Shown here: positions 52,020-64,000 of the stretch, in pieces | How the letters are laid out: every line of letters starts with the position of its first letter | Position numbering within the stretch: the first letter of the stretch is position 1 | Assembly (NCBI GenBank): GCA_010909165.1 | Contig: MU008201.1 | Location: 310,001 to 374,000, forward strand | Direction: 5' to 3' | Length of the DNA: 64,000 bases | Source of the DNA: Anthoceros angustus | Taxonomy: Eukaryota; Plantae; Anthocerotophyta | The notes under the pieces: generated by a model | Database searches by the model: none | The model's input: only the letters and a program-made list of their open reading frames with translations | Told to the model about the DNA's origin: nothing | Made by a program: the position numbers and the translations under genes

Positions 52020-54600
52020 AATATGGGAAATTCGATGGCGATTCAATGGAACAAAAGAGGTACTTGGCGGTATAGATATTCGGATGGCGATAGTGGAGAA
52101 TATGAAGAGCATGAAACCGCAAATGAAGATGTTGAGGCGATCGTGATGTGAGTTGAAGCCACGACAACAACGAGAGGATATACATAGCGAGGGGCTCAAA
52201 ACGTTCGTCAAATGTCCCAAGAATCGCCATGCATTGGACGATGCCAGTGCTTCTACAAAGTTTGGATGAGGGTCAAAGAATCATGAAGGAGCGAGCCCGT
52301 GTACAACCAACCTCAAGGAGGTACGCGGATGTTCGTTTCACACTGCAGGACGAAAGGTAAACGCGGAAAAGAGGAAGAGGAATGACATTGAGACACGGCG
52401 ACGTCATCACCAAACAGGACGGACAACGAGTGGAGCGAGCGCAGACATAAGGACCGTTACATCAAATTCGAGTCGGTAGCACAAAAGAGGTGCATTCCGC
52501 ATACGGATATGGTTGCCATCACCAAGTTGAAGCGAGACTACATTACTCGTGGCCTTTCGATCCAGAGTGGATGAATCATGGGGAAAACATCTTCTCGGAA
52601 ATTAAAAGGGACCTGCAAGAGGGAGTACTTCCTATGTATGATCGATCCAAGGAGTGCGCGTGAGGTCTTTGACAAAGACAAGTTGAAAAGGCAGCGACAC
52701 CATGGGAGTATTGGGTGGGAACCATAGCTTCTATCCAGCGCTTCTAAGACCGGAGAACTCACACTTCCGATATGGAAGCTCATATATGCGAGCTTAACCC
52801 AAGCAGAGATGCGGTGTCGGCCACAGATCACAATGTCAAGGTGATTTCCGGAAGAGAATGTCTTTCATTGAGCAAGTCCGGTATATTCACGATGAAATGA
52901 AAATTGCGGCTGAGGAGGGTATTAGCATTACAATGGATTGGAAGTACAATCTATATCGGATGCTAGGCGTCGACGCGATCGGGAAGAAATGCGACTTGTC
53001 GACGAGCTGCTATGCATTGCTAGTGTCCCGCCTCATGTGTGGACACGGGTGGACGAGTTTTCGATCTTTGGGAGAGGGTGAGCTTCCGAGCAAAAGGGCG
53101 AAAGAGAGGAAATCAAAGCGTGGGGGCCGGATACGAGCCGGTGCGGGATCCAAATTTGATTATAAAGCCAATGCATGCGACCAATTGGAGAGTTTTCCGG
53201 GCATGCCTCGAAGCGGTGAAAAGGATTATGTTGTCCGGAGAAAGTGATTCAAGGCGAGTTGACCGTGGCGGCGTAACGTGGATACGAGGCCAGAAGTTGA
53301 ATGTCATCCGACGACATTTTGCTCGGGGGTGCAATTCATTTGCGGTTGAGAGAAATACCGAGGCACTCACACCGAAGATATAGCGAAATTTCAACCGGTG
53401 TTTGATCACATTGTAAGTACACGTGTATTTTTCAACGAGTTAGCGCAAACTAGTTTGCGCGCTTTCATGTTGCACCTATGACGTCTCCATCCCGTGCGCA
53501 GAGCGGTGAGTACAAAGAGAAGATGATACCCGATAGCTTCAAAGAGCACATCAATGCGGCAAGAAATTGGAAGAGGGTGGAAGATTTGCGAGAGAGGAAG
53601 ACAACGACGCAAACTAGACATTTTCCATGTTCAAAAGCAAGCAAAGGTCCGTTACCGGGTAATAACGGTGATATTCGTGAAATGGCTGCCTACTTGGGGA
53701 AAAGAGAATACAAGGTTGGTCGATTTACCAAGGGGCAATTTATCGGAGACATGGGATAAGGAGATGACATGTGAGGATTTGGAGAAGATAATGGATGGAT
53801 TCATGACAATCACCGAATGCAAGACTTTCCGTGATATTCATGCATGGACGGACCATGCACGGGATGTCCAAATGCACCGAAAATGGTGTGAAAAGGGGGT
53901 TTATACAATGGTGCAGAGAAAGACAATTTGGTCTTTGGACGAGGGACTTTACGAGGCTGCGAGTACATGATGTGGGTATGGTGTTCACCCAAGCTGAAGA
54001 TATGAGGAAGTGCGTGCATTGTCCAATAGTCGGTAGAGATTGGAGCAATGCCGCGTTTCGACATAAGCGATCGTGAAGAAACTTTTGAATGTGTCCAACG
54101 ATGGCCATGTTGTTTCTCCTTACCAAAAGCCAATAGGGTTGATGGTCACGCTGACCTATTCACGAAGGGAATGGGTTATAGATGGATGCTCGGAAGCGGG
54201 TGGAATACTTGCGGCATTCTTGGAAGGGCGAACGTATTGCTGTTGACCAAGAGGAGCACAATATTCATCGAGCAGTATTCAGCCATGAAGTGTTTCCTCT
54301 GAGGAGGAAGAGTTGACCACCAAACCACACAAAGCGTGGACATCCGGTTTTGCCAAAGAGATGGCGGCGGGGATCAGTTAAGCCCGGGCATAGCGCTACA
54401 CTTGGTTCAAGGAACATGCGCACCCATCGACCTTCAAGACTTGAGTCAATCACGGGGAAGAAGGAGAAAGATGGCAAAGGTCCGGAAAACCCTAAGAACC
54501 CAGACGGAAAAGAAGTGCGAAGACGAGCGACCCTACTTGGGACAACCAACCATGAGGCGTTTGGCTTTGGCGAATCCCAAGGTGGAGAAAGCGCCATATC
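52020..54600 (+). CDS. ParB-like + beta-class DNA amino-methyltransferase copy 2 (heavily frameshifted)
   Basis: GGNHS at 52714-52728; VDLPRGNLSETWD (~53719-53757); SPYQKPIGLM at 54115-54144; EWVIDGCS..GGILAAFLEGR..IAVDQEEH (~54169-54260). Confidence 0.65.
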
Positions 54601-57600
54601 TTCCTCTTGCTATTACGATCCGCAAGCTGCGAGAGCGATGACATCGTCGTCCAGGAGACGGAAAGACAACGTCGCCAAACTAGCTAGAAACATACACCGT
54701 TGTCATGTGGTGGAGACTAAGTCTCTCAAAGATAGGGGTTATTCTCCATTAAAGGGGTTTGGGTCCCTAAAGACCAAAAATGACCCAGCAGGCCAAAATG
54801 CATCATCTTTAGCAAAACCACTCTTTAGACATGTCTTGAAAGACATTGACCATGTTATTTTCTCGTGAATACTTACGCTATGAGGTTGAAGCCGAAGAAG
54901 GTTTAGTTCACCTTCACAAGGAAGGGATTTCAAGGATTTTTAACGGTGCTAGGAATCCTAAACACCTCTTCGCGTGATAGTACTTCCTAGCGGGGTGAGC
55001 ATGAGGCAAACCAAACAAAATTAGTCCACAAGCCAAAGCTGCGCGGACGTCCGGCGCAACCAACACATAAAAGTAGCACAAGCGAAAAAACAGCTATGGC
55101 CGGACGTCCGCGCAATTGTGAAGAACATTAAATAGCGATCATGGCCATCTCGAGAGGACCAAACTACGACTCTAAAAGTAGCGGGGTCGGTGCATTGTGA
55201 GTACACAACCACAGGATCTCCATTGTTAGAGTGAAAAACACGAAGGAATTGGAATGCGGACGTTCGGCACATTGGCGGGAGCTTCTGGCGGACGTCCGGC
55301 GCATTTTCTAGACCCCAATCTTGTGCGTCCGCGAGATGGAAATGGTGGAGTGGATCGGGACGTCGCGTATGTATATATTGTTTGTCTTTAGATATGTGCT
55401 CGGGATAGGTGCATAGACTCAATGGCATAGAACTCCAAGGTTAAGCACCCCGGTCGGATCGATACCGGATGGGGTGCTTGACTTGGTGCTTTTGAATCAT
55501 AGTTACTCTTGGGTTAGTACTAGGATGGCTTGCTTGTTTTGGCGCTTTGAAAACTTTGTAACAACTCCTTTGTTAAGCAACCTAGAGGCATATCAATACT
55601 AGGATGGAGTGTTGATTTTAGTGGTTTGAAAAATTTGTAAATCATCCGGTATCTAGGCGTAAAGTCATGAATATTATTTTTGAAAATCATTTGTTGGTTG
55701 ATGTTATATTCCACATTCGCTTTGTATACAACATGTAAAACCTTTTGGCCTTACTCTATGTGCCCTTCCGATGACTTGCATTTGGATCTCTTTGATTGGT
55801 GCCAAATGTCCGCTCATTCGAGTTTGATGCGTATAGATGCATAGGCCTTGGTTTCTAGATGAGCTACATTTTCCAAAATTCGACATGTATGATGGTGGTT
55901 TCTAATGGCCAACCTTTTGAAGGCGACAATGTTTCACAATGTTTTGCGTAGAAGCAAGAAAATAAATAGAATAGATGATTTGTCCTTGAGTAATGAAAGC
56001 ACATCGGATGCGATCGAACACAAGTATAAGAGAGCATCCTGCCACCGCGAGCCCTAGTGAGAGTGAGTATCTGAAAGAGGGCTGGTCGCCCGAAATGGGG
56101 TTTTGACCAAATGGTGAGTAGGTGAGGCTCAAGGAGGACATGTCTATACCTTTGTGGCGCCACTACGGTGTGGCTAGGTGTTCGACGAACTATAGCCAAG
56201 CTTCCGGAGATTTTGAATTTAAGATCGACTTGCTCCATGTGCCACCCATGGATAGATTAAGGTTGAAAGCGATGCGGACTTGACAAGAAGAAATGTAAGC
56301 TCAAGAGTTTGATCAAGAACGGTTGAGGAGGCCTCACCATCCTTTACCTTGTCCAATTCTTGCGCGGGCCTAATCTGCAGATCTAAGCGGCTTATCTCCG
56401 ACACGGAGGCCAGTCGATGGTATGCCCGCCGTCTGGATTGCTCGAATCACGGGTTTGAAAAGAGAATTGATGTGAGTGTTGGTGCGGTGGCAAGTGTGCA
56501 CAAGCAACTTGAACGAAAGTGCTTGCCTACACAAGTATTGACGCAACCCTCTCCAAACCCGTGTATTGCACCTCTTTGGAGTATAAGTCGGGACGTTCGG
56601 TGCACTCCGCTCTTTGGAGCATAAGTGCGCCACCATCCGCCACTTGGTACAAAGGTGTGTCCGCCATTTGTGCGGACGGTGGGCACATTAGGTCTTCTTG
56701 GGCTCGGATGCATGGGGTGTGGGTTCGCAAATCAAGCGTGAAATGAGACATGTGCATTTTGATGGTTGGGGCCAAAATGGGGTTGAGACAAACCCCTATC
56801 TTGAAACACTGTCGCTTAAATGTGAGTGCGCGCATGTTTGTGCACAAATACCGTGGCACCCAAGGAAAAGCTGATCGTGAATGTCTCGGATCGCTTTCCT
56901 CGTAATTCGGCGTACAATGTGAGATATCGTGTATCGCAACAATAATTGAAATGTTTTGCGGGTGACATGTCGTGGAGAAATACCAAAAGGTCGATTCGGT
57001 CGGATTTCCGGCGTGTGCGTAAAGGTCCGGAACGTCCATAAAGGGTTTGGAGAAACCCCTTTCAAAAAGACGCTGACAACACTTGCGTAACATCGAACAA
57101 TCATTTGAAAAGTCGCAGGACGGATGGGCGGAGGCTCTGCAGAGCGAGCGAGACCGAGGCCCCGACTCACGGCAATGCTCCGGCCTAACCTTAGATCATC
57201 TCGTACATGGCCACGCCTAGAGCACTTGGCCCAATCTCAAGTGGCCAAGTTCCAACAATTCAAGCGAGCTTCAAATTCCACCTGCAAGCAACATGTAAAT
57301 GTGGAAGCATTCGCTTGACTTGAGCATGAGGAGTTTCAACACGGATGTGGAGGCACCTCGACCTATCTCCATGTCCAGCGACACACGCGCTTCAAATTCA
57401 CAACTAATGTATGTGTGTGAGACTAATGTGTGAGGAGCAGCACCTCCATGAAAATACTCATAGTGTTTCCACATGTATCTATCTCGGTTTCAAAGACTGC
57501 CCCCATGGAGTAAACTAAGCTAAGTAGCACCAGAGGTATTCCTCTCTTGGAAGGTACTTCATCCGGTTCCTCTTGCGGTGTAGAAGAAGAAAAAGAATTT

Positions 57601-58688
57601 TATTTATCCCCTTGCGGTGTAGAAGAAGAAAAAGAATTTTATTTAAGTCCACGAACGATGGATTTTCGTCATGGGACTTGGTACTTCAAAAATTGTAGCA
57701 TGGTGTGCCTAAGCTACTTGCACCAAAGGCATCCACTCCCTTTAGGCACCCTATCTAAGTATCGATCTAAGGTCATGATGCTTAATCACGGCATTCTTAT
57801 AAATGCAACAACAGAGATCAATATACGATATGAAATATGTAGTTTTTAAGGATTGACAAACCTAATGTGAAATGGGGTATATACGCCCTCCTATTTTCAA
57901 AGGCCTATGTACCAGAAGAAGAAGAAGAAGTATATTATAATCTACTTGAACGAAATTTTCATGGTTATGGGACTTGGTACTGATAACTTGTACCATGGTT
58001 ATGGGACTTGGTACTGAATAACTTGTATCATGGTATGCCTATGTACCATAAGAAGAAGAAGAAGGAGTACATTATAATCTACTTGAAAGAAATTTTCATG
58101 GTTATGGGACTTGGTACTTAATAACTTGTACCATGGTATGGCTAAGGTGCTTGTACTAAGGGCATCCAATCCCTTTAGGCACCCTATCTAAGTACACGGA
58201 CTTAGATGGGGTGGCGCAAACTGTTTAATAACAGTGTGTTCATTTCCTAAGTTGTGTAGCCATGCAAGGCATTGTTATATCCGTCCGGTGCTTGCTTGTG
58301 GACAACTATTGTGCTCAAGTTTCACATATCCGCAAGACTCACCTACATTTGAACAAATTTTATTGAGGGAAAGAAAGGATGGGAGACAACTATTGTGCTC
58401 AAGTTTCACATATCCGCAAGACTCACCTACATTTGAACAAATTTTATTGAGGGAAAGAAAGGATGGGAGACCTGGAGTGTAGTGTAAGATGACACAAAAT
58501 ACAAAATTTATTTTGAAGATATTTTATTTATATGAATAGAAAGAGGATGTGATGTTGATGGAAATAGTCATGGGTCCGTCCATGAAAGTACATAGCGCTA
58601 GCGCCCACCAAACACCTAGCCTGTTGTGTGCATACAACTAAGTTGAACGCCAAACTGTTCTCAAAAGCGTTCTTTGTGTTGGATTGAA

Positions 58689-59375
58689 TCACTTCTGCGC
58701 TTTCTCAAGAAGACGCACGATCTTGTCGTCGATGCCGAAGGTCTGGGCGAGCACGTCGCTGGAGATGGGCTGAGGAAAGGCAGCGAAGAGCGCCTTGGCC
58801 GCCTGCTGGACCCCGGTTCTGGCTGCTGAGCGCGGCGATGGCCCAGGCCTTCCCGTGCCCGGTGTTCTTCTGGAAGTGGAGGAGGCCGCGGGGAAGACGA
58901 ACAGATCGCCGGCATTCAGCGTCGTCTGGTACAGCACGTTGGCGTTGGACGACACGAAACCCACCTCCAAAGTCCCCTCCACCAGGAACAGCAGCTCGGT
59001 GGCGCGCGGGTGGACGTGCGGCGGGTTCAGCCCCCCGGCGGCGAAGTCGATCCTGGCAGCCGAGATCCCCAGCGTGTTCAGCCCCGGGAACTGGACTGCG
59101 GACGCCGGCGTCACCGCCGCCTTGTTGGCGTTGTTGGTGTTCCCGGGGGTCGCCAGAACCGGGGACTTGAAGTCCTCCGATACCGTGTCCTTGGCTGCCT
59201 TGCACGGGAAGCCGTTGATGGTGGGCGAGCCGGCCGGGAGGCCCACGCAGAAGTCCTGAAGCGGGTCCTCGTCTGCTGCCGACGCGATGGGGAGCGCTGC
59301 GGCGTAGATCGCGGCCATGGCCAGGATGGCGAAGGCCAGGCGCCTCGTTGCGAGATGGGTGTCACGTCCCGCCAT
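58689..59375 (-). CDS. Germin-like protein, type B copy 2 (best preserved, 228 aa)
   Basis: Continuous ORF with signal peptide, QDFCV and GLNPPHVHPRATE. A short region near box 2 is shifted by compensating homopolymer deletions; RGLLHFQKN is read in the alternative frame. Confidence 0.93.
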   Translation of the reverse strand: MAGRDTHLATRRLAFAILAMAAIYAAALPIASAADEDPLQDFCVGLPAGSPTINGFPCKAAKDTVSEDFKSPVLATPGNTNNANKAAVTPASAVQFPGLNTLGISAARIDFAAGGLNPPHVHPRATELLFLVEGTLEVGFVSSNANVLYQTTLNAGDLFVFPAASSTSRRTPGTGRPGPSPRSAARTGVQQAAKALFAAFPQPISSDVLAQTFGIDDKIVRLLEKAQK

Positions 59376-60074
59376 TGCGATGATGAGTCTAGAGGAGAGT
59401 GTTGGTGGTGATGGGCTGCACCAAAGAGAGCTGGGAGGTGGGATTATCTATGCTGCGAGCGCCGGAGGCGGATGTGCGGGTTTGCGGATGTGACAATGTG
59501 GAGGTGGTGAGGAGAGCGATGGAGGATTGTGGGTTTTATACCCCTGGCTTGGGGAGTAGGAATGTGGGGCTGCGCGGCTAGTGGAGACTGACCCGCTTTG
59601 CAGACGAAATGGAGACCGCGTCGGTCGACCCGGCCATGACCCACTGGGTTGTCCTGTGATTACACGTCTTGCTTACACAACTGACTTGACCCGGGCGCGC
59701 AGTTCCTAAATATCGGGCCATCTGGATAGATTAGTCTTTCGGAAGTGCAACGTACTTCTGCACCTTGCCAATCGCGTCTCAGAACTGCATCGGGCATGTT
59801 AAACCGATCCATACAAACTTACAGAAAACAAAGTATGTGCATGTAGCGTCAAGTCGATGGAAACCCTGAGTCAAAGCACGTTGTCTGATCCGTGGTCTCT
59901 TCGATGCACGGTGTCTAGGAGTCCCAGCAGCACCTGAGCTGCATCTTAGAGACGTTTGGACCTGAATCACCTCAAAGAATATACCAAACACTCTCTGGAA
60001 ACGATTCCGAAGTTCACCATGTACGTACACTCTGTGGCAGCTTCCCGGGTACGAAAGTGCCTCAGTCTTTCATA

Positions 60075-62150
60075 GCACTATAAAGATGAAGGGCTTCCTG
60101 ACCCATGCCTTGCTGGGAATGCCATGCTATCACGTTACCACATCTTTTTGAACAAGTCCGTCAAATAGTTTCTGAGCCATCTTTTTGAACAAGTCCGTCA
60201 AACAGTTTCTGAGCATCTTCCAAGCTGCCACACTTTGCATACATGTCTACCAATCTCTTGGCTACAAACACATCAGGTTGATGTCCTTGTTCTCTTATTT
60301 GTATATTAAGCTGTTTCCCCGTCTCCAGAGCCGGGTTGCCGATACTTGCACATTATCAAGCCCTGCAGATCTGTCCCATGCCCTATAAGTACTGGCTTTC
60401 AGCCATGAACGTCTCAGCAGGTGTCCTGACCGTGTCACAGTTTTGATTAGCCCCCTCGAGATAGTCCAGATGAGCCCTGGCCCTTGCTTGAGCTTCTTGC
60501 TGATCTGAGCTACTGATCATCGCCACTGACACTGCATTATCTGACAACCCTTTCGCCCTAAAGACCTTCTTAAACCCGTTGACAGACATCTGCTATACCC
60601 GATGCTACGACATTTGCCTCTCCTGCAGGCATGTGCATGGGTGGGCGACCCAGTTCTGGAGAAGGGGAAAGAGATACAGAGGCAGATTGCAGAACGAGGA
60701 CTTCAGGCCCATGAAGTTCGAGGTTGCAGCCTGCCAAACATGTTTGTCGACTGTGGCAGCTTAGTAGACGCGCAATTTGTGTTTGATGGGCTTGCGCTCG
60801 ACGGACTTAGTCGAAAAAGTGTGTTGACATGGAATGCCATGATAGGAGGTTATCCACAGGAGGGAATGGGGCAGGAACCCCTTTCTCTTCACATGGCAAT
60901 GCAAGAAGAAGGCTTGGTCGCACCTAATTCTGTGACGTTTGTGTGCCTCCTGCACTATGCGCGAGTGTGCCAGCTTTGGGTCTCTGGCCAGCAGTTTGGC
61001 ACACATGTGTGCAAAGTGTGGCAGCTTGCAAGACACACATTGTTCTATGGTGTCGGTAAGAAAGACGTCATGATGTGGAACGCCATGATTGCAGGGTATT
61101 CCCATCAGGGCATGGGGCAGGAAGCATTTGGCCTCTACAGGCCTGTGCAAATGTGGCAGCTTTGCATTTGGGAAGGCAGCTTCACTTGCAGATAAGGGAA
61201 ACAAAGCCTTCAAACTGATGTGCTTGCACCTATTAGCCTGCTGATAAACATGTATGCCAAGTCTGGGAGCACGGTTGATGCACAGCAGGTGTTTCAGGCA
61301 TTGCTTGAAAGATCCGTTATTGCCTGGAACGCACTGATTGCATGCTATGCCCAGCAGGGAGACAGTGATGTGGATCATCACGTCTTTGGTGGCCAAGCTA
61401 CCAAAAACCTGTCGTGCATCTTCCAGTTCACCACATTTTGCGTACACGTCCACTAGGCAGTTGCCTAACACTACATTTCCCAGCAGTCCTCTTTCAACAA
61501 TTGTGAGTGCAGCTGCCTGCCCTTCTGTAAGGCACCAGTGCTTGCACAGGCGTTCAGAAGGTAAGCAAAACTAACATATATGGTTAGCCAAAATCAACCC
61601 CTCCTGCTTCATTTGTCCTTGAACAGCAAGGGCCTCATGACCAGGACCTTGCTGGGCATACCCAGCAATCAGGGTCGTCCATGTCACCACATTCTTTGTG
61701 GCCAAGCTCTCAAAAGCCTGACGTCCATCTTGTAGTTCGCCACATTTTGCATACATGTCAGGAGGAATGCCAGTGTGCAACACATCGGAGTGCACTCTTG
61801 TGTCAGATTCCAAGTCGGCGGCAAATGCACAAGCTTGAAGGACAGCTACAAAGACGTGACCATACGCCTTCACTCCTGACCTACGCATCTCATGGTACAG
61901 TTGTATGGCGTCCTCAGGCTTCCCATGTTTAGCGTATGCGTAGATTATGGAAAACCACATGAAGGCATCTGGTTTGCCCACCCTGCTGGACACATCCATG
62001 GCCTCCTGCAGCCTACCATCACATGCACACATACGCAAGATATGGTTCCCGAAGTTGTGTGCATTCGCATCGTGCCCAAGCTTGACAGTGAGATCATGAA
62101 CTCGTCACCCCATAACCAACAACGGGTCCGGTCGCCATACCGTGGCCATC
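60075..62150. pseudogene. PPR fragment mosaic (- 60075-60370; + 60602-61370; - 61375-62150)
   Basis: Copy of 34570-36622 with scattered substitutions. Confidence 0.85.
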
Positions 62151-63872
62151 GTTCAGGAACCCCTGTCGGGACACGAGCCTAACAACACACCCACCAGCAC
62201 AGTATGTGAAGGATGCCAATTGCCCATTTGAGCTTGGGATATGTAGAGTGCTCGGCTCAGGGTTGTCGCCGGAAGCGGCAGTCATGGTTCGGCCTGAATT
62301 CTGTGTGAGCGCCGGTCGAACGATGAATCTCAGTTCTGGTCCAGTCTGGTGGGCTTCAGACCCCAGACATCCTCACATTGCTGGATGAAGGCAGCTAACC
62401 AGGAGCTTAAAAATGAGGAACTTAGGTTAAGGCTAGAAAACGGAGGATCTTCAATATGAAGCATGGTTGCCAACTAGTATTGCTTTGATATCTAAGACCT
62501 TGCTTATTGATCTCATGTTACAGAGCCTTCACTAACAAGAATGAGTGCGCATCGTGGGGCTAGGGAAGACTGCTCTAGGGCCGGGGTGCAGACCCAAAAC
62601 CCTTGAGTCACCATGCGGGCACGAGCGCTGGAACCTGAAAATGTGAGCGCAACCAAACCTCCTACATTTCCTATTTTTTAGCCCCTTGTTAGCTGGACAT
62701 CACACTATCGCACAGAGCTCAAGTGCCGGAACAACACGAGCGACAACACTTGCAGGACATCGAACAATCATTTGAAAAGTCGCAGGACGGATGGAAACTG
62801 GAGGTTTGGCAGAGCCAGAGCCAGAGACTGAGGCCCTGACTCACGGCAGCTGCTCCAGCCCTAACCTCAGATCATACTGTACATGGCCACAGTCAAGAGC
62901 ACGGCTGTTTGGCCCAGTCCTCGCAAGTGGCCAAGTTCCAAACAATTCTGAAGCAGAGCTTCAAATTCCTGTAAGCGTGGCCCTGCAACATGTAAAATGT
63001 GGCAGGCAAGCATTCGCTTGACGTCGCGCATGAGGAGTTTCAACATGGATGTGGAGGCACCTCGACCTATCTCCATGTCCAGAGCAGCAACACATGCGCT
63101 TCAGCTGTCACAACTAATGTATGTGTGTGAGACTAATGTGTGAGGAGCAGCACCTCCATGAAAATACTCAGTGTGTTTCCACATGTATCTATCTCGGTTT
63201 TAAAGACTGCGCCCTAAAGCCGTAAAGATAAAAAGGGACCCTATAACTAATGTGTAAGACTAATGTGTGAGGAGCAGCACCTCCATGATGCAGCTGATAG
63301 TGTTTCCACATGTATCTCAGTTTCAAAGACCGTGCCCAAGAGATAAAAAAGGATCCTATAATACATTTCAGGTATGTTGATCTCAAGAATCGAAACCATT
63401 ACCGTTCGGTCATTATAGGCAACACGACTAACGAAAACAAAACAGACAAACAAATTTATTTGATGTCCACTAAGGGTGAACATGCCGCCCTGGGACTCGT
63501 TCTCCAGGCAACTTGCTCCATGGAGTAAACTAAACTAAGTAGCACCAGAGGTATTCCTCTCTTGGAAGGTACTTCATCCGGTCCCCCTTGCGGTGTAGAG
63601 TGCAATCAACACGATCAATATGCGATATAAAATATATAGTTTTTGAGGATTAACAAACCCAACGTGGAATGGGGCATATACGCCCTCCTATTTTCACAGG
63701 CCTTATGTACTAGAAGAAGAAGACATTGGGAAGCGCAGTGAAGACAGAGTCCAATGCGCAGTGAAGACAGAGTCCAATGTCGGAAAAGCTCCTCTATTTG
63801 CCGGCAAAGACAACAAAATTTTCATGGTTATGGGCCTTGGCTAGCTAGTGTCTATAGGTGTCATGGTGACTA

Positions 63873-64000
63873 CATCTCTTGCTCCATCTCTTGCCATCTC
63901 TTGCTCCATCTCTTGCCATCTCTTGCTCCATCTCTTGCCATCTCTTGCTCCATCTCTTGTCCTCTCTTGCTCCATCTCTTGCCATCTCTTGCCATCTCTT
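63873..64000. repeat. 10/12-bp compound tandem repeat (ATCTCTTGCTCC / ATCTCTTGCC) running off the window
   Basis: Directly visible. Confidence 0.95.

Larger units (their letters stand above)
45987..57075. mobile_element. TIR DNA transposon copy 2
   Basis: Left end CAACGCCTGCTTTGAAAGGGTTTCTC; right end GGAGAAACCCCTTTCAAAAAGACGCTG followed by ACAA. Same insertion site as copy 1. Confidence 0.88.
37230..62757. repeat. Higher-order tandem repeat copy 2 (~25.5 kb)
   Basis: Same order of GLP-A, PPR, LTR fragments, TIR transposon, GLP-B and PPR as copy 1. A third unit starts at 62758 and diverges at ~63720. Confidence 0.95.

Overview
Repeat-rich land-plant nuclear DNA. The style of the PLS-type PPR fragments suggests a non-seed plant (inference), and the assembly is indel-prone. 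1-5.5 kb: the 3' half of a Ty1/copia element abuts a locally duplicated hAT remnant that carries a MITE. 5.7-63.7 kb: a tandem array of a ~5.6 kb basic unit made of an intronless germin-like protein gene (- strand) plus PPR fragments in alternating orientations. The array comprises a degenerate first unit and then two copies of a ~26 kb higher-order repeat (A unit with insertions + B unit). Each A unit carries a truncated gypsy-like LTR fragment with a long coiled-coil ORF, a second LTR-like piece, and an ~11.3 kb TIR DNA transposon (20291-31585; 45987-57075). The transposon has a perfect 19-bp TIR core and a 4-bp ACAA target duplication checked against empty sites in the same window. It encodes a Sola-like (DUF7869-type) DDD transposase on the - strand. 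Divergently, it carries a frameshifted gene with a ParB-like GGNH module followed by a beta-class DNA amino-methyltransferase domain (DLPR..WD, SPYQKPxxL, GEWVIDGxxGSG..GRN). It also has long alternating (GC)n tracts. This methyltransferase-carrying transposon is the main candidate novel system. Protein calls were stitched by eye across frameshifts; no database searches were run.
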